Source: Escherichia coli (GTDB lineage Bacteria; Pseudomonadota; Gammaproteobacteria; Enterobacterales; Enterobacteriaceae). Taken from it: 959 bases of DNA. The notes beneath the pieces are model-generated. The model did not search any database. It was not told the DNA's origin and worked only from the letters and a program-made list of their open reading frames with translations. The stretch lies in the NCBI RefSeq assembly GCF_003334815.1, contig NZ_QOWO01000112.1; one strand, given 5' to 3'. Position 1 is the stretch's first letter. Each line of letters begins with the position of its first letter. Below are positions 1 to 959 of the stretch, one piece after another. The translations under genes and the position numbers were made by a program.

Positions 1-93
1 TGACCGCAGCGGCGAAGCGTACCCTTGCATCCCTGCCAGCCCGGCTAAGATGGAGGCACGGCACAGCCCGCACACGACACGGCGGCCACATAA

Positions 94-126
94 CTGAAAA
101 ACCACAAGGCCATGCCCTGCATGGCC
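94..126 (-). terminator. Second hairpin with T-rich tail: possible backup terminator or RNA 3'-end structure (tentative)
   Basis: Seen in sequence: plus-strand GGCCATG (108..114) / CCCTG loop / CATGGCC (120..126) form a perfect 7-bp stem. On the minus strand it is followed by TTGTGGTTTTTCAG (complement of 94..107). The T-run is separated from the stem by GTGG, so it is weaker than a canonical terminator. No U-tract follows it on the plus strand (GGGTAAAGCGG). Confidence 0.35.
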
Positions 127-181
127 GGGTAAAGCGGAGCCGGCGGCGACGTCCTTTGTGCTCTGTCCGGGGACCGGCAGG

Positions 182-205
182 AAAAAGGCGGGGATTTACC
201 CCGCC
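182..205 (-). terminator. Rho-independent (intrinsic) transcription terminator for the minus-strand CDS
   Basis: Seen in sequence: plus-strand GGCGGGG (187..193) / ATTTA loop (194..198) / CCCCGCC (199..205) form a perfect 7-bp stem with 6 of 7 G:C pairs. On the minus strand the hairpin is followed immediately by TTTTT (complement of A-run 182..186). It starts 7 nt downstream of the TGA stop. On the plus strand the hairpin is followed by AGTGTCATCATTTCC, which is not a clean U-tract, so it is mainly unidirectional. Confidence 0.72.
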
Positions 206-212
206 AGTGTCA

Positions 213-959
213 TCATTTCCGGATTTTTGCCAGGGCATCCGCCATGCTGCGGATTTCGTTCCGGGCTTCCCGGACCACCTCCCGCAGAACACCACGGTCA
301 AACCAGCGGCGGGGCGGTTCATCCGGTATACGCAGCACATCCCAGGCCAGCCAACTGGACAGGATATGTTCAATACAATCGCTGACCAGATACATTTCCA
401 CCGCCGAAAAACGTGCGCCCCGGTTCAGGATGGCGTCGAGCACCACGGGCAGGTTTTCGTCGTCCTCATCGAGCCAGCAGGGGTGATCGCTCTCCTTCAC
501 GACCAGGCGAAAGCGGCGCGTCTGGCGGGTCAGTAACGTCTGACCGGTGGTGGTCAGCGCCGCCCGGATACGCCGCGTATCTTCTGCCACCTGGTAACTG
601 ACACAGCGTACTGCATCGCGTACCGCATCAAGAACTGCCCTGATTTCGTCCTCTGCCAGCCACTCACCGGCATACGGGAAAGACACCTGCGTTCCGTCTG
701 CCGGAAGTACCGGCAGCGACTGCCACTGACTGCCGGACAGTACAAGTTCCGCCCCGGTTCCGGTCAGTTTGTGAATGGCGGAGGCCAGGAGCGGCGGCAG
801 TGCGCCGCCGTGACGGTTGATAAGTAACGTCGCCAGCCGGGGCGCATCCAGCAGAACATAAATGCTGATCCAGCCCGGATGGTTCGGGTTCCGCTGGTCA
901 ACATCCGTCTCTTCCGGCCAGCCCTGCGCCAGCAGCAGGTTGCGGGCGTGACGACAAAT
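213..959 (-). CDS. Hypothetical protein of unknown family, C-terminal 248 aa; 5' end of the gene lies beyond the window edge
   Basis: Seen in sequence: the minus-strand frame is open without any stop from 959 down to TGA at 215..213 (248 codons; an open run this long is improbable by chance even at this GC content). Codon first positions are G-enriched and codons are typical enterobacterial (CTG, GCG, CCG, CAG, GAA, GAT, CGT, CGC). The translation is protein-like (...[29 protein letters not shown]...[17 protein letters not shown]...[33 protein letters not shown]...[25 protein letters not shown]), and an intrinsic terminator follows 7 nt after the stop. The GTG at 686..684 used by the ORF track is preceded by only a weak SD-like GGAA and the frame and codon pattern continue unchanged upstream, so the true start is probably outside the window. 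Product family not recognised. Confidence 0.8.
   Translation of the reverse strand: MCRHARNLLLAQGWPEETDVDQRNPNHPGWISIYVLLDAPRLATLLINRHGGALPPLLASAIHKLTGTGAELVLSGSQWQSLPVLPADGTQVSFPYAGEWLAEDEIRAVLDAVRDAVRCVSYQVAEDTRRIRAALTTTGQTLLTRQTRRFRLVVKESDHPCWLDEDDENLPVVLDAILNRGARFSAVEMYLVSDCIEHILSSWLAWDVLRIPDEPPRRWFDRGVLREVVREARNEIRSMADALAKIRK

Noticed and set aside
25-51. Possible plus-strand sigma70 promoter: TTGCAT (25..30) with TAAGAT (46..51)
   Set aside because: Only 3/6 and 4/6 matches to consensus with a 15-bp spacer, and no downstream plus-strand gene to serve; indistinguishable from chance.
112-132. Tiny plus-strand ORF ATG CCC TGC ATG GCC GGG TAA (MPCMAG) preceded by AAGG
   Set aside because: Six codons, SD spacing too short, lies inside the hairpin; no support as a leader peptide.
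45-215. In-frame continuation after the TGA stop: the same frame stays open for 55 more codons until TAG at 47..45, raising the idea of stop-codon readthrough or a sequencing error
   Set aside because: The extension would be translated through two stable hairpins and a T-tract, the terminator sits exactly where expected for a gene ending at 213, and the extension translation ([29 protein letters not shown]...) is not protein-like. Stop-poor frames are expected at this GC content.
258-275. Short inverted repeat TCCGGG-CTT-CCCGGA inside the CDS
   Set aside because: A 6-bp palindromic stem in GC-rich coding sequence is expected by chance; no flanking signal suggests a regulatory site.
156-536. 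Plus-strand ORFs in the supplied track (156..536, 158..385, 244..486, 413..601), including a frame-3 plus reading frame that is stop-free from position 3 to 536
   Set aside because: The plus frame 3 is exactly codon-aligned antisense to the minus-strand gene: its two stops (534..536 and 825..827) are simply TTA Leu codons of the minus gene. Its translation is Arg/Pro/His/Gly-rich and low-complexity ([20 protein letters not shown]...), it runs straight through both terminator hairpins, and its wobble positions are C-heavy as expected for the complement of G-rich first codon positions. These are antisense shadow ORFs.
554-745. Minus-strand 63-aa ORF in a different frame ([20 protein letters not shown]...)
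   Set aside because: It lies entirely inside the main minus-strand CDS in another frame, with an Arg/Cys-rich non-protein-like translation; an out-of-frame artefact of GC-rich sequence.
1-959. Screen for tRNA, CRISPR repeats, REP elements, IS terminal inverted repeats and integrase motifs
   Set aside because: No cloverleaf-like tRNA structure, no regularly spaced direct repeats, no match to the REP consensus as I recall it, and no long terminal inverted repeats were apparent; only trivial shared 8-mers (for example ACCGGCAG at 173..180 and 710..717) typical of GC-rich DNA.

Overview
This GC-rich 959-bp window is dominated by the 3' portion of a single minus-strand protein-coding gene (213..959, 248 sense codons plus TGA stop, N-terminus beyond the right edge). 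Seven nt past the stop lies a canonical rho-independent terminator on the same strand (perfect 7-bp GC-rich stem, 5-nt loop, T5 tract; 182..205). A second perfect 7-bp hairpin with an interrupted T-rich tail sits about 55 nt further downstream (94..126). I cannot assign the protein to any family by inspection; it reads like a genuine globular protein with amphipathic helices, an acidic cluster and an Arg-rich patch. The plus-strand ORFs in the supplied track are codon-aligned antisense shadows of this gene. I see no tRNA, rRNA, CRISPR array, integrase or IS-like terminal repeats. With only one truncated gene visible, the window cannot support a claim of a multi-gene system; flanking sequence and homology searches are needed.
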